DNA of 64,000 nucleotides from Gaiellaceae bacterium (GCA_035688025.1 DASSNM010000078.1:915-64914); one strand, 5' to 3'; counted from the first letter of the stretch, positions 10,673 through 21,335 are shown. Translations and numbers: made by a program. The notes: generated by a model from the letters alone, not told the origin.

Positions 10673-11284
10673 CTAGACGAGCGCCGCGCGCACGGCTTCG
10701 AGCGCGTCCGCGGCGGGCGCGGCGCCGTCGCGCAGCACCTTCGGCTCGGCGCCGGAGAAGTCGATCACGGTCGAGGCGACGCCCGGGAGCTCGCCGCCGT
10801 CGAGGACGACCGCCTTCGAGCGGATCTCCTCCGGCACGTCCTCGAGCCGCCTCGGGTCGCGGCCGCCCGGCGCGTTCGCGCTCGTCGCGGCGACGGCCCC
10901 GACGAGCGAGAGGACGCGCGCCGCCGGCTCCGGCAGCTCCGGCACCCGCACGCCGATCGTGTCCGGGTTCGAGCCCGTCAGCCAGCGGTAGCGGCGCGCC
11001 GGGTTCGGCAGCACGAGCGTGTACGGCCCGGGCAGGAGCGCGCGGACGATCGTCCCCGCCTTCCCGCGCAGCTCCGGGACGCACTCGAAGAGCATGTCGA
11101 CGTCGGAGGCGAGGATCGCCGTCGGCTGGTGGAGCACGCGGCCCTTCAGCCGGTAGAGGCGCTCGACCGGCTCGGCGCGGTACGGGGTCGCGCAGAGGCC
11201 GTAGACGGTGTCGGTCGGCAGGACGACCGGGCGCCCCAGCCTGATCGCGGCCACAGCCGCGTACATCTCGTCGCTGTCCGTCAC
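10673..11284 (-). CDS. tsaC: L-threonylcarbamoyladenylate synthase (TsaC/Sua5/YwlC family, short form)
   Basis: Track ORF of 203 aa. It has the YrdC-domain motifs [20 protein letters not shown] and ATSAN. It forms a GTGA overlap with the prmC stop. Confidence 0.9.
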   Translation of the reverse strand: MTDSDEMYAAVAAIRLGRPVVLPTDTVYGLCATPYRAEPVERLYRLKGRVLHQPTAILASDVDMLFECVPELRGKAGTIVRALLPGPYTLVLPNPARRYRWLTGSNPDTIGVRVPELPEPAARVLSLVGAVAATSANAPGGRDPRRLEDVPEEIRSKAVVLDGGELPGVASTVIDFSGAEPKVLRDGAAPAADALEAVRAALV

Positions 11285-12063
11285 CGGCTCGCCTCCACCA
11301 CGCGCTCTCTACCCCCCAGGTCCCGACTGATGCTAACCGTCCCGTACCCATTCGCCGCGAGCATCGCCGCCACCTGCCCGGCCTGGCCGTCCCCGACCTC
11401 GAAGACGACGAAACGCGCCGCCGCCGCCGCCGCGATCCGCTCGTGCATGCCGTCGCCGACGAGCGCCTGCACGGGCTCCCAGGACAGCTCCGGCTGGAGC
11501 CCGTCGAGGCTCGCGACGTACGGCGGGTTCGCGGCCACCAGGTCCCAGCCCTCGGCCGCCGCCTCCACCCCGCCCTCGCGCAGCTCGACGTCGAGCCCGA
11601 GGCGCTCCGCGTTCTCCCGCGCCAGCGCGAGCGCGTCGCGCGAGACGTCGACGCCGACGACCAGGGCGTCGGGGCGCTCGTCCTTGAGCGCGAGCGCGAT
11701 CGCGCCCGAGCCGACCCCGACGTCGAGGATCCGCGGCGACTCGATCTCCGCCACGAGCGCGAGGGCGCGCTCGACGAGCGTCTCCGTCTCCGGCCGCGGG
11801 ACGAGCGCGCGCGCGTCGGTGCGGAGCGTCAGCCGCCGGAACCCCCACTCGCCGAGGACGTAGGCGAGCGGCTCGCGGCGCTCGCGACGCGCCAGCAACG
11901 GCTCGAACGCGTCGCCGACCTCGTCGTCGAGCCGCGCGACGAGGCCGGAGCGCGTCGCGCCGACGACGTGCGCGGCGAGCCACTCCGCGTCGACGCGCGG
12001 CGTGTCCACGCCGGCGGCGGCGAGCCTCCGCTCCGCCTCGGCAAGCGCCTCGCGGACGGTCAT
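11281..12063 (-). CDS. prmC: peptide chain release factor N5-glutamine methyltransferase
   Basis: This is the 3' part of track ORF 11281..12942. The ATG at 12063 forms an ATGA overlap with prfA. The 260-aa product has the SAM motif [12 protein letters not shown] and the catalytic NPPY (VAANPPYV). Confidence 0.93.
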   Translation of the reverse strand: MTVREALAEAERRLAAAGVDTPRVDAEWLAAHVVGATRSGLVARLDDEVGDAFEPLLARRERREPLAYVLGEWGFRRLTLRTDARALVPRPETETLVERALALVAEIESPRILDVGVGSGAIALALKDERPDALVVGVDVSRDALALARENAERLGLDVELREGGVEAAAEGWDLVAANPPYVASLDGLQPELSWEPVQALVGDGMHERIAAAAAARFVVFEVGDGQAGQVAAMLAANGYGTVSISRDLGGRERVVEASR

Positions 12064-13103
12064 TCCCCGAGCGCTCGGCGCCGGTCCTCGGTGGCCAGCG
12101 CCTCGGTGAACTCGTCCAGCTCCCCCTGGAGGATCCGGTCGAGCTGGTGCACGGTCAGCTTGATCCGGTGGTCGGTGAGCCGGTTCTCCGGGAAGTTGTA
12201 GGTGCGGATCTTCTCGGCGCGGTCGCCGCTCCCGATCTGCGAGCTGCGCACCGCGTCCCGCTCGGCGCGCTGCCGCTCCAGCTCGCGCTCGTAGAGGCGC
12301 GCGCGGAGGACGCGCATCGCCTTGTCCTTGTTCTGGAGCTGCGACTTCTCGTCCTGCATCGCGACGACGACACCGGTCGGGAGGTGCGTGATCCGCACCG
12401 CCGAGTCGGTCGTGTTCACGGACTGCCCGCCGGGGCCGGTCGACCGGTACACGTCGATCTTCAGGTCGTTCGGGTCGATCTCGATCTCGACCTCCTCCGC
12501 CTCCGGCATCACCGCGACCGTCGCCGTGGACGTGTGGATGCGGCCGGCGCTCTCGGTCTCGGGGACGCGCTGGACGCGATGGGTGCCGCCCTCCCACTTG
12601 AAGACGGAGTAGGCGCCGTCGCCCTTGACCGCGAACGTGACCTCCTTGTAGCCGCCGCCGTCGCTCGGGCTCGCCTCCAGCTCCTCGACCTTGAAGCCGC
12701 GCCGCTCGGCGTAGCGGGCGAGCATCCGGTAGAGGTCGCCGGCCCAGAGCGCCGCCTCGTCGCCGCCGACGCCCTGGCGCACCTCGAGGATCACGTCCTT
12801 GCGGTCGGCCGGGTCGGTCGGGACGAGCGCGAGGCGCAGCTCCTCCTCGAGCGCGGCGACCCGCTGCTCGAGCTCCGGCACGAGCTCGCGGAGGTCTGTG
12901 TCGGCGCGCGCGGCGGCGAGGTCGTCGCGCATCGCCTTCCACTCCTGCGCGAGCTTGTAGGCGGGCTCGAGCTCCTTCAGCTTGCGCCCGACCTCGGCCG
13001 CCTCGCGGTGGTCGTTGTAGACCGAGGGGTCGGCCATGCGCTGCTGCAGCTCCTCGTAGGAGCGCTCGAGCTCGGCGACCAGGTTGTCGAAGTCCGCGGC
13101 CAT
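12060..13103 (-). CDS. prfA: peptide chain release factor 1
   Basis: Track ORF of 347 aa. It has the GGQ motif ([10 protein letters not shown]) and the RF1-type recognition region [17 protein letters not shown]. Confidence 0.97.
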   Translation of the reverse strand: MAADFDNLVAELERSYEELQQRMADPSVYNDHREAAEVGRKLKELEPAYKLAQEWKAMRDDLAAARADTDLRELVPELEQRVAALEEELRLALVPTDPADRKDVILEVRQGVGGDEAALWAGDLYRMLARYAERRGFKVEELEASPSDGGGYKEVTFAVKGDGAYSVFKWEGGTHRVQRVPETESAGRIHTSTATVAVMPEAEEVEIEIDPNDLKIDVYRSTGPGGQSVNTTDSAVRITHLPTGVVVAMQDEKSQLQNKDKAMRVLRARLYERELERQRAERDAVRSSQIGSGDRAEKIRTYNFPENRLTDHRIKLTVHQLDRILQGELDEFTEALATEDRRRALGE

Positions 13104-13125
13104 GCCGCGGGCAAGGGTACCCGGG

Positions 13126-13560
13126 CTACCCCGCGAGGCTCGCGTCGAGGGTGATCTCGGGCACGCTCGCGAGCGCCTTCGAGACCGGGCAGTTCTCCTT
13201 CGCCGTGCGCGCCGCCTCCTCGAACGCGGCGGCGTCGAGCCCGGGAACCCTGCCCTCGACGGTGAGCGCGATCTTCGTGATGCCCTGACCCGGCTGGAAG
13301 GTGACGGTCGCCGAGGTATGCAGCTCCTCCGGCGCGTTCCCGGCCTGCGCGAGGCCGTGCGAGAGCGCCATCGAGAAGCACGCGGCGTGCGCGGCGGCGA
13401 TCAGCTCCTCCGGGCTCGTCGCCGTCGGAGAGTCCTCGGCGCGGTTCGGCCAGCTCACCGGCTGCTCGCCGATCGCGCCGCTCGTCGTCGACACGATCGT
13501 CCCGGAGCCGTCCATCAGGCTCCCCTGCCACGTCACCTCGGCGCGCCGGTCGGTCGCCAT
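13126..13560 (-). CDS. osmC: OsmC-family peroxiredoxin
   Basis: Track ORF of 144 aa. It shows the OsmC pattern with two conserved Cys ([11 protein letters not shown] and [10 protein letters not shown]). Confidence 0.88.
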   Translation of the reverse strand: MATDRRAEVTWQGSLMDGSGTIVSTTSGAIGEQPVSWPNRAEDSPTATSPEELIAAAHAACFSMALSHGLAQAGNAPEELHTSATVTFQPGQGITKIALTVEGRVPGLDAAAFEEAARTAKENCPVSKALASVPEITLDASLAG

Positions 13561-13601
13561 CTCGCTCTCCTCTCCTCCGCTGTCGGGTCGCCGCGAACCA
13601 T

Positions 13602-14765
13602 ATGCCGGACACGGGGGTTGAGGACGCGCCGTACCGCGGCTACCGTGGTCGCGTGGCTGCGGCGCCGCGCTTCGTCCTCGGCAACCGCCCCGCCCTCGAC
13701 GGGCTGCGGGGGCTCGCGATCGCCCTCGTCGTCCTCTTCCACCTCGGGATCCACTCGCCGGTCACGCGCGGCGGCTTCCTGGGCGTCGAGATGTTCTTCG
13801 TCCTCAGCGGCTTCCTGATCACCTTCCTGCTCGTCGACGAGCTGGGACGGCTCGGCCGCGTCGGCCTGCGCGACTTCTACGTCCGCCGTGCGCTGCGGCT
13901 GCTGCCGGCGCTCCTGGCGATGCTCGGGCTCCTGCTCGCGTACCTGGCCGCGTTCGGGCCGCACGCGCGATTTCACGTCTTCCAGCGCGAGGGCCTGGCG
14001 GCGCTGTTCTACGTCAACAACTGGTATCGCGCCTTCGACTGGGGGCCGTCGCTGACGCTGCCGCACACGTGGTCGCTCTCGGTCGAGGAGCAGTTCTACA
14101 TCGTCTGGCCGGTCGTCCTGCTCGCGGCGGTGCGGCTCCGCGGCCACGGGCTCGCCCTCGGGCTCGCCGGGGCCGGGCTGGTCGCCTCGGCGGTCTACCG
14201 CGGCCTCGCCTGGGGCGGCGACCCGACCCTGATCCGGCTCTTCACGGGCGCAGACAGCCGCGCCGACGCGCTCCTCGCCGGCTGCGCGCTCGCCCTGCTC
14301 GTCGCCTCCGGCCGCGTCCGGCCGGACCGGCTCGGCCGCTTCTTCCCCGCGCTCGCCGTGCTCTCGCTCGCCGGGCTCGCGGCGATGAGCGCGCGCGTCG
14401 CCTGGAACGAGGGCTTCCTCTACCGCGGCGGCTACACGCTCTACTCGCTGCTCGTCGCGGTGCTGATCCTGGCGCTCGTCGGCGACGCGACGCCCCGGCT
14501 GCGCGCAATCTTCGAGTGGCGGCCGGCGGTCGTGCTCGGGCGCGTCTCGTACGGGCTCTACCTGTGGCATCTGCCCGTCTTCGAGCTCGTCGGCGACCGC
14601 GTCCACGGCCAGGCGGCGCGGATCCCGCTCGAGCTCGCGCTGACGGCGGCGCTGACGGCGCTCTCGTGGCGGCTCGTCGAGCAGCCGGCGCTGCGGCTGA
14701 AGAAGCGGTTCGCGCCGGGCGCGCACGCGCGGCAGGTCGCCGCCGCGGCGCCCGCGACGGGCTAG
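13602..14765 (+). CDS. acyltransferase family 3 (AT3) membrane O-acyltransferase
   Basis: Track ORF of 387 aa. It has the AT3 N-terminal signature LDGLRGLAIALVVLFHLG followed by FLGVEMFFVLSGFLIT, plus SLSVEEQFY and about 10 TM helices. Confidence 0.88.
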   Translation: MPDTGVEDAPYRGYRGRVAAAPRFVLGNRPALDGLRGLAIALVVLFHLGIHSPVTRGGFLGVEMFFVLSGFLITFLLVDELGRLGRVGLRDFYVRRALRLLPALLAMLGLLLAYLAAFGPHARFHVFQREGLAALFYVNNWYRAFDWGPSLTLPHTWSLSVEEQFYIVWPVVLLAAVRLRGHGLALGLAGAGLVASAVYRGLAWGGDPTLIRLFTGADSRADALLAGCALALLVASGRVRPDRLGRFFPALAVLSLAGLAAMSARVAWNEGFLYRGGYTLYSLLVAVLILALVGDATPRLRAIFEWRPAVVLGRVSYGLYLWHLPVFELVGDRVHGQAARIPLELALTAALTALSWRLVEQPALRLKKRFAPGAHARQVAAAAPATG

Positions 14766-14768
14766 CGG

Positions 14769-15680
14769 CTAGGCCATCACTTCGACGCGCTGCGCCTCGG
14801 GCGTGCCGGCGCCCTCGAGGTCGAGCACCTCGCGGAGCGCGCGGATCGAGACCTCGAGCTGGTCGAGCGACGGCTCGCGCGTCGTCAACCGCTGCAGCCA
14901 GAGGCCGGGCGCGAGCAGGGTCATCAGCACGCGGTTCGACTGGTGCCTGCCCGCGAAGCGGATCAGCTCGTACGCGAGCCCGGCGATCACCGGCAGCAGC
15001 AGGATCCGGGTCGCGACGAGCCAGTACCAGGCGGGACGCCCGAAGAAGGCGAAGACGAAGACCGCGATCACCATCACCCAGAGCAGGAACGCCGTGCCGC
15101 AGCGCGGGTGGATCAGCGAGTAGCGCTGCACGACCGCCGGCTCGAGCGGCTCGCCTGCCTCGTAGGCGTTGATCGCCTTGTGCTCGGCCGCGTGGTACTG
15201 GAAGACGCGCCGCAGGTCGGGCAGGAGCGAGATCACGGACAGGTACGCGACGAACATCGTCACGCGGATCAGGCCCTCGACGATCACGAACCAGCCGGTG
15301 CTCTTGATCGGCAGCCAGTCGGTGATCAGGGCGGGCGTGACCTTGAAGAGCATGACCGCGAAGCCGATCGCGATCGCGAACGCGAAGACGAGCGCGCCGC
15401 GCGAGAGCTCCGTCTCGACCTCGCCGTCCTCGCCCTCCTCCTGCGCCGCGTAGTTCGCGGAGATCGCGAGCGCGCGGAAGCCGATCGCGAGCGACTCGCC
15501 GAGCGCCATCACGCCGCGGATCACGGGCAGCCGGAAGACGCGGTGGCGCGCCATCGCGGACTGGATCGGCCGCGAGACCTGGGCGATCTCCCCGGACGGC
15601 GTGCGGACGGCAACGGCCCAGTTGCCGGGGCCGCGCATCATCACGCCCTCGAGGACCGCCTGACCGCCGACGTTTGCCAT
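14769..15680 (-). CDS. DUF1385-domain membrane protein
   Basis: This is track ORF 14769..15869 trimmed to the ATG at 15680 (MANVGGQAVLEGVMMRG...), giving 303 aa. It contains QYHAAEHKAINAYE and HPRCGT, which I recognise as the DUF1385 family often found between rpmE and prfA/prmC in Gram-positives. Confidence 0.8.
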   Translation of the reverse strand: MANVGGQAVLEGVMMRGPGNWAVAVRTPSGEIAQVSRPIQSAMARHRVFRLPVIRGVMALGESLAIGFRALAISANYAAQEEGEDGEVETELSRGALVFAFAIAIGFAVMLFKVTPALITDWLPIKSTGWFVIVEGLIRVTMFVAYLSVISLLPDLRRVFQYHAAEHKAINAYEAGEPLEPAVVQRYSLIHPRCGTAFLLWVMVIAVFVFAFFGRPAWYWLVATRILLLPVIAGLAYELIRFAGRHQSNRVLMTLLAPGLWLQRLTTREPSLDQLEVSIRALREVLDLEGAGTPEAQRVEVMA

Positions 15681-15688
15681 GGGTGCGC

Positions 15689-15913
15689 CTACGAGGCGCC
15701 GCGCTGGGCGCGCTCGGCGCGCTCGAGCCGGCGCTGGAAGCGCTCGACGCGGCCGCCCGTGTCCATGAGCTTCTGCTTGCCCGTGTAGAACGGGTGGCAC
15801 TGCGAGCAGATCTCGACGTGGAGCTCCGGCTTCGTGGACCGCGTCTCGAACGTGTTCCCGCAGGAGCACGTCACGGTGGCGATCACGTAGTCGGGATGGA
15901 GTCCGGCCTTCAT
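15689..15913 (-). CDS. rpmE: 50S ribosomal protein L31 (Cys-containing, Zn-ribbon type)
   Basis: This is the 3' part of track ORF 15689..16597. The ATG at 15913 forms an ATGA overlap with the upstream gene's stop. The 74-aa product is [59 protein letters not shown]. Confidence 0.95.
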   Translation of the reverse strand: MKAGLHPDYVIATVTCSCGNTFETRSTKPELHVEICSQCHPFYTGKQKLMDTGGRVERFQRRLERAERAQRGAS

Positions 15914-16833
15914 GGCGAGGCCAGGATAGCAGCGGCCCGGCGCGGATCCACGTTGCCGCCCGAGACCACGACGACGAGTCCGGGGCCGGCCTCGACCTTC
16001 CCGGCGAGCACCGCGCCGGCGGCCGCCGCGGCGGCCGGCTCGCACGCGAGCTTCGCCCGCGCGTAGAGGAAGCGCATCCCCGCCTCGATCTCCGCCTCGG
16101 TCACGAGCACGGTCTCGACCTTGCCCGCGCAGAGCGCGATCGGCAGCTCGCCGGCGAACGGCGGCGCGAGCCCGTCCGCGATCGTGTCGCTGCCGACGCG
16201 GACGCTCCGTCCGGCGGCGAGGCCCGCCGAGAACGCGGGCGAGCGCTCGGGCTCGACGGCGACGAGCCGGGCGCGCCCGTCGAGTCCGAGGAGGAGCCCC
16301 GCGGTCAGCCCGCCGCCGCCGACGCCGACCGCGACCGTCGCCGTCTCGGGCCGCTCCTCGAGGATCTCGAGCGCGAGCGTGCCGTGCCCCGCGACGACGT
16401 ACGGGTCGTCGTGCGGGTGCACGAAGACGCGGCCGTCCCGCGCGACCGCCTCCTGCGCCAGCTCGAAGGCGGCCGCCGCGTCCGGCGAGGACGTGTCCAC
16501 GGTCGCGCCGTACGCGCGCGCGACCGTGGCCTTGAGCGGGCTCGCCGTCTCCCACATGCAGACGAGGCAGTCGACGCCCGCGTCGGCGGCCGCCCACGCG
16601 ACCGCCTGCGCGTGGTTGCCGGCCGACCAGGTCACGACGCCGCGCTCCCGCTCCTCGGGGGTGAGCGCGAGGATCCGGTTGAGCGCGCCGCGCGCCTTGA
16701 ACGAGCCGGTCGTCTGGAACAGCTCCGCCTTGAGGTGCGCGCCGAGCGCGGTCGAGCGCAGCAGCGGCGTGCGCCGGACGCGGCCGGCGATCGCGTCGCG
16801 GGCGCGTTCGACGTCGGCGAGCTCGGGGGTCAC
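15910..16833 (-). CDS. PLP-dependent threonine/serine dehydratase-family enzyme (no regulatory ACT domain)
   Basis: Track ORF of 307 aa. It has the PLP-Lys motif [19 protein letters not shown] and the Gly loop GVGGGGL. The GTG at 16833 forms a GTGA overlap with the histidine kinase stop. Confidence 0.85.
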   Translation of the reverse strand: MTPELADVERARDAIAGRVRRTPLLRSTALGAHLKAELFQTTGSFKARGALNRILALTPEERERGVVTWSAGNHAQAVAWAAADAGVDCLVCMWETASPLKATVARAYGATVDTSSPDAAAAFELAQEAVARDGRVFVHPHDDPYVVAGHGTLALEILEERPETATVAVGVGGGGLTAGLLLGLDGRARLVAVEPERSPAFSAGLAAGRSVRVGSDTIADGLAPPFAGELPIALCAGKVETVLVTEAEIEAGMRFLYARAKLACEPAAAAAAGAVLAGKVEAGPGLVVVVSGGNVDPRRAAAILASP

Positions 16834-18164
16834 GCCGAGAGCGTAGGCGTGCGGCCGCCGACCGGCACGCGCAGGCGCACCGTGAACGCGGTCCGCTCGC
16901 CCGGCCGGGAGTCGACCTCGACGGCGCCGCCCATCGCCTGCGTCAGCTCCTTGACGATCGCGAGCCCGAGGCCGGTGCCGACCGGCCGCTCGCGGCCGTA
17001 GCGCTCGTGCAGGTAGAAGCGCTCGAACGCGTGCTCGCGGTCCTCCTCCTCGAGGCCCGGGCCGGTGTCCTCGACCCGGAGCAGTCCCGGCCCGGCGACG
17101 ATCCGCACCTCGCCGCCGGCGGGCGTGAGCCGGAGCGCGTTCTCGACGAGGTTCGAGACGACCTGGAGGACGCGGTCGGCGTCCGCGACCGCCGGCGCGG
17201 CGCCCTCCGCGACCGCGGCGAGCGAGACCCCGAAGCCGTCCGCCTGGGTGCGGTAGCGGCGGACGACGTCCTCGGCCACCTCGCCGAGGTCGATCTCGGA
17301 GTTGTGGACGGAGAAGTCGGTCCGGTTCATGCGCGCCAGGTCGAGCAGGTCGCGGACCAGCCGCTCCAGCCGGGCCGCCTCCTGCGCGACCGTCGCCGCG
17401 GCCTCGCGCGGGTCGAAGGCGCCGTCCTCGACCGCCTCCGCGTAGCCGCGGATCGCGGTCAGCGGCGTCTTCAGCTCGTGGCTGACCGAGAGCAGGAACG
17501 AGCGCTCCGCCTCCTGCGCCTGCCGCAGCTGCGCCGCGAGCTCGTTGAACGCGACCGCGAGCGTCGCGATCTCCGCCGCGCCCTCGACCGCCACCGGCTC
17601 CGGATGCGTCCCCCGCGTCAGGCTCCGCGCCGCGTCCGCGACCCGTCCGACCGGCCGGGAGATCCGGCGCGCGAGCCAGAACGCCGCCGCCGCCGCGAGC
17701 AGGCCGCCGGCCGCGGCCGCGATCAGGAGCCCCCAGACGTACGGCGTCCAGCGCGAGCGCGTGACGCTCGTCGGGCGCAGCAGCACGAACGGCTTCCCCT
17801 GCACCGGCGGCTCGGCGGCGAAGTAGTACTCCGTCCCTCGCCAGCGCACGGTGCCGCTCGCCGGTTCCCCTTCCGCGAGCGTCGCCCGGGCCGCCTCCGG
17901 GAGGAAGTCGACGCGGAGCCGGTACTGCTCGTGCTGGCGCTCCATCAGCGGCTGCACCTGGACGAGATCCGTGTACGCGGCCACCGCCGCCTGCTCGCGC
18001 GCCGCGATCAGCGCCGCCTGGTGCTCGACGTCGGAGAGCGTCGCCTCGTCGACCGCCCGGCGGGTCGTGTAGAGGCCGAGCCCGAGCGTCAGCGCGACGC
18101 AGAGCAGCACGACCAGGCCGATCGCCTGGAACAGCCGCGAGCGCAGAGACTGTCTGGGCCTCAC
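16830..18164 (-). CDS. sensor histidine kinase (2 TM, extracytoplasmic loop, HAMP, HisKA, HATPase_c)
   Basis: Track ORF of 444 aa. It has the H-box [16 protein letters not shown], an N/G1/G2 region ([11 protein letters not shown] ... EDTGPGL ... GTGLGLAIV) and two hydrophobic segments flanking a loop of about 150 aa. Confidence 0.92.
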   Translation of the reverse strand: MRPRQSLRSRLFQAIGLVVLLCVALTLGLGLYTTRRAVDEATLSDVEHQAALIAAREQAAVAAYTDLVQVQPLMERQHEQYRLRVDFLPEAARATLAEGEPASGTVRWRGTEYYFAAEPPVQGKPFVLLRPTSVTRSRWTPYVWGLLIAAAAGGLLAAAAAFWLARRISRPVGRVADAARSLTRGTHPEPVAVEGAAEIATLAVAFNELAAQLRQAQEAERSFLLSVSHELKTPLTAIRGYAEAVEDGAFDPREAAATVAQEAARLERLVRDLLDLARMNRTDFSVHNSEIDLGEVAEDVVRRYRTQADGFGVSLAAVAEGAAPAVADADRVLQVVSNLVENALRLTPAGGEVRIVAGPGLLRVEDTGPGLEEEDREHAFERFYLHERYGRERPVGTGLGLAIVKELTQAMGGAVEVDSRPGERTAFTVRLRVPVGGRTPTLSA

Positions 18165-18847
18165 GCCGGAATCAGCTTGTACCCGGCGCCGCGGACGGTG
18201 CGGATCCCCTCCGGGTCGCCGAGCTTGCGCCGCAGCTGCGCCACGTGGACGTCGACCGTGCGCGTGCCGCCCGGGTACGTCATCCCCCAGACGAGGTCGA
18301 GCAGCCGCTCGCGCGAGAGCACGATCCCGGGGTGCTCGAGGAAGCAGGCGAGCAGGTCGAACTCCTTGCCGGTCAGCTCGACCGGCGCGCCGGCGACCGT
18401 CACCTCGCGCGAGTCGCGGCGGAGGACGATCTCGCGCGACGAGAGCATCTCGTCGTCGCCGCGCTGCTCGACGCGGCGCAGGATCGCCTTGATCCGCGCG
18501 GCGAGCTCGCGCGGCGAGAACGGCTTCGCGACGTAGTCGTCGGCGCCGAGCTCGAGGCCGGCGACGCGGTCGGGCTCCTCGTCGCGGGCGGTCAGCATCA
18601 CGATCGGCACCTTGGAGCCCGCGCGCAGGCGGCGACAGACCTCGAAGCCGTCGATCCCGGGCAGGCCGATGTCGAGCACGACGAGCCGAACGGGGTGGCG
18701 GCGCAGCTCGGCGACCGCCTCCTCGCCCGAGCGCAGCCAGATCACGCGCCAGCCGTCCTGCTGCTCGAGGTACTGCTTGACGAGACGACCGATCGAGTCG
18801 TCGTCCTCGACGAGGAGAAGGACGCCCCCGGTTGCGTTGCCGGTCAT
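18161..18847 (-). CDS. OmpR/PhoB-family response regulator
   Basis: Track ORF of 228 aa. The receiver domain has LLLVEDDD, LVVLDIGLPGIDG and a conserved Lys (YVAKPF). The C-terminal winged helix includes RTVDVHVAQLRRKL. It forms a GTGA overlap with the kinase start. Confidence 0.95.
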   Translation of the reverse strand: MTGNATGGVLLLVEDDDSIGRLVKQYLEQQDGWRVIWLRSGEEAVAELRRHPVRLVVLDIGLPGIDGFEVCRRLRAGSKVPIVMLTARDEEPDRVAGLELGADDYVAKPFSPRELAARIKAILRRVEQRGDDEMLSSREIVLRRDSREVTVAGAPVELTGKEFDLLACFLEHPGIVLSRERLLDLVWGMTYPGGTRTVDVHVAQLRRKLGDPEGIRTVRGAGYKLIPA

Positions 18848-18851
18848 GCCC

Positions 18852-19286
18852 CTATGGTGCCCGGAACCCGCGGCGTCCGCCCTCGACCTGGATCGAAATG
18901 GCGGGCCCGTTCGCCTCGCGGACGACGAGCACCTGCAGGCCGCGGCGCGCGAGCGCGGGGAGCGCGAGCCGGCCCGCGCCGAGGACGCGGGTCGTGGCGG
19001 CGATCGGGATCGTCTGCACGGTCCCGTCGGCCTCCCGCAGCGAGATCGCCGGCGCGACGCCGGTCGTGGTCGCCGAGGTGACGACGCCGCGGTCGAGGCG
19101 GTAGTCCGTGGTGCTCGCGCCCGTGCCGGTCGCGACGACGACCTCGGCGCGCACCATGCGCGGCCCGAACAGCTGGTCGATCACGGCCTTGCGGAGCGCG
19201 AGCCCGGCCGGCGCGAGCCAGAGCACGACGTTCAGGACGACGAGAACGGCGGCAAGGACGACGAAGCGCCGACTGGGCATGCTCAT
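18852..19286 (-). CDS. hypothetical membrane-anchored protein, first gene of the two-component operon
   Basis: Only the last 144 codons of track ORF 18852..21920 look real (MSMPSRRFVVLAAVLVVLNVVLWLAP...). It has an N-terminal TM helix followed by a Thr/Val-rich, probably extracytoplasmic segment. I recognise no family. The rest of the 1022-aa ORF is antisense to the AT3 gene. Confidence 0.5.
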   Translation of the reverse strand: MSMPSRRFVVLAAVLVVLNVVLWLAPAGLALRKAVIDQLFGPRMVRAEVVVATGTGASTTDYRLDRGVVTSATTTGVAPAISLREADGTVQTIPIAATTRVLGAGRLALPALARRGLQVLVVREANGPAISIQVEGGRRGFRAP

Positions 19287-19334
19287 ATCATCGTCGTCTT
19301 GCCCGAAAAGCGCGTAAAGCAGCCGTAAAACCCG

Positions 19335-21326
19335 GTGGAGCCGATGCGGACGGCCACGAGGCACGAACGGCGACCCGACATCCAGGGCCTGCGCGCGGTC
19401 GCGGTGCTGCTCGTCGTCCTCTTCCACGCGGGCGAGCACGTGCCCGGCGGCTTCACCGGCGTCGACGTCTTCTTCGTCATCTCCGGCTTCGTCATCACCG
19501 GCACGCTCGTCGCCGAGCTGTGGCGGACCGGCGCGATCCGACTGCCCGCGTTCTACGGGCGGCGTGTCCGGCGGCTGCTGCCCGCGCTCGCGCTGATGGT
19601 CGCCGCCGTCTCGCTCGCGGCGATCCTGCTCGGGCCGGTCGCGAGCCAGCCGCAGGCGTCGCTCACCGGGATCTGGGCGTCGGTCTGGGGCGCGAACGTC
19701 TACCTGCTGCAGCTGCCGCACGGCTACTTCGACATCGGCAGCGACCTCAACCCGTTCCTGCACACGTGGACGCTCGCGGTCGAGGAGCAGTTCTACATCG
19801 TCTTCCCGGCGCTCCTGCTCGTCGCCTGGCGGCTCGGACGCGGCCGGTCGGCGGCGGTCGCGGTCATGGGCGCGGCGACCGCGGGCTCGTTCGCGCTCGC
19901 GCTCGCCCTCTCGCACGGCCACGGGACGCTCGACTTCTACAGCTCCCCCACGCGCGGCTGGGAGTTCGGCGCCGGCGCGCTCCTCGCGCTGCTGCCGGCG
20001 CTGCCGCGGCGGACGCCGCGCCTCCTGACCGAGCTGCTCGCCGCGGGCGGGCTCGGGGCGATCCTCTATGGCGCCCGGACGCTGCAGCAGAACGGCCACT
20101 TTCCGGACGCGTCGGCGCTCGTGCCCGTCCTCGGCGCCGTCGCCGTGATCGCGGCCGGGTCGAGGAGCGAGACGCTCGTCGGCCGGGCGCTCGCTCTCCG
20201 TCCCGCCACCTGGCTGGGCGACCTCTCGTACAGCTGGTACCTCTGGCACTGGCCGCTGATCGTCTTCGCGCGGGCGCTCTGGCCGCACGCCGGGGCGGCC
20301 GTGCCGCTCGCGGCGGCGCTGTCGCTCGCGCCGGCGGTCGCCTCCTTCTCCCTCGTCGAGAACCCGATCCGGTACGGGCCGCGCTTCCGCGGGCGCCGCG
20401 TGCTCGTGCTCGCCGGCGTCTCGATCGCGGTCTCGATCGGGTTCGCGGCCGCGCTCTACGGCGGCCACCGCGCCGTCCTCGCGACGAGCGCGGGCTCGCG
20501 CTGGCGGGCGATGGAGAGGCAGCCGCTCGAGCCGCACCGCGCCTGCGAGAGCGGCGCGCCCGCGTTCGACCCCGCGCATCCGGAGTGCAGGTGGCCGGCC
20601 GCGGGCTCGCACGGGAGCGCCGTCCTCGTCGGCGACTCGAACGCCGCCCACTTCACGCTCCCGTTCGTCCGCGCCGCGAACCGCGCCGGACTCGACGCCG
20701 TCGTCGCCACGTATCCGTCCTGCCCGTTCCTCGACCTGCGCGAGACGGGGAACGTCGCCCCGACAGCGTCCTGCCTGCACTACGTCGAGGGCTCGCTGGC
20801 CGCGATCCTCGCGCGGCGGCCGAACCTCGTCGTCGTCGCGATGCGCACCGACGGCGACGTCGGCGACGCCCGGATCGGAATGGCGCCGGTCGCGGGCGGC
20901 GGCTACGCGTACGACCCGGCGGCGAAGGCGCGGCTCGTCCGGCAGAGCCTGCGCTCGCTCGCCCGGCGGCTCGCGGCGGCCGGGATCCCGCTGCTGCTCG
21001 TCCACCCGATCCCGAGGCTCGCCGCCTTCGACCCGAGCGGCTGCGCCGCGATCCGCGTCCTGCTCGGCGACTGCGGCGCGTCGGTGACGCGGGCGGAGGC
21101 GGACGCGGCGCGGGCGCCGACGCTCCGGCTCGAGACCGGCGCCCTGCGCGGCGTCGCGCTCGCGCGCACGCTCGACCCGATCGGCGAGCTGTGCACGCCG
21201 GCGCGCTGCTCGTCGCGGCGCGACGGAGTCGACCTCTACCTCGACCAGGACCACCTCAGCCGCGCGGGCGCGCTTCGCCTGACGCCGCTGTTCGTGCGCG
21301 CGATCCGCGCGGCCGCGCGGGCCTAG
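19335..21326 (+). CDS. AT3 acyltransferase fused to a C-terminal SGNH-like domain (OafA/YrhL architecture)
   Basis: Track ORF of 663 aa. It has the AT3 signature IQGLRAVAVLLVVLFHAG...GVDVFFVISGFVIT and TLAVEEQFY, with about 10 TM helices. A soluble tail of about 280 aa follows, containing VLVGDSNAAHF (SGNH block I-like). Confidence 0.88.
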   Translation: MEPMRTATRHERRPDIQGLRAVAVLLVVLFHAGEHVPGGFTGVDVFFVISGFVITGTLVAELWRTGAIRLPAFYGRRVRRLLPALALMVAAVSLAAILLGPVASQPQASLTGIWASVWGANVYLLQLPHGYFDIGSDLNPFLHTWTLAVEEQFYIVFPALLLVAWRLGRGRSAAVAVMGAATAGSFALALALSHGHGTLDFYSSPTRGWEFGAGALLALLPALPRRTPRLLTELLAAGGLGAILYGARTLQQNGHFPDASALVPVLGAVAVIAAGSRSETLVGRALALRPATWLGDLSYSWYLWHWPLIVFARALWPHAGAAVPLAAALSLAPAVASFSLVENPIRYGPRFRGRRVLVLAGVSIAVSIGFAAALYGGHRAVLATSAGSRWRAMERQPLEPHRACESGAPAFDPAHPECRWPAAGSHGSAVLVGDSNAAHFTLPFVRAANRAGLDAVVATYPSCPFLDLRETGNVAPTASCLHYVEGSLAAILARRPNLVVVAMRTDGDVGDARIGMAPVAGGGYAYDPAAKARLVRQSLRSLARRLAAAGIPLLLVHPIPRLAAFDPSGCAAIRVLLGDCGASVTRAEADAARAPTLRLETGALRGVALARTLDPIGELCTPARCSSRRDGVDLYLDQDHLSRAGALRLTPLFVRAIRAAARA

Positions 21327-21335
21327 ACTCGGCGC

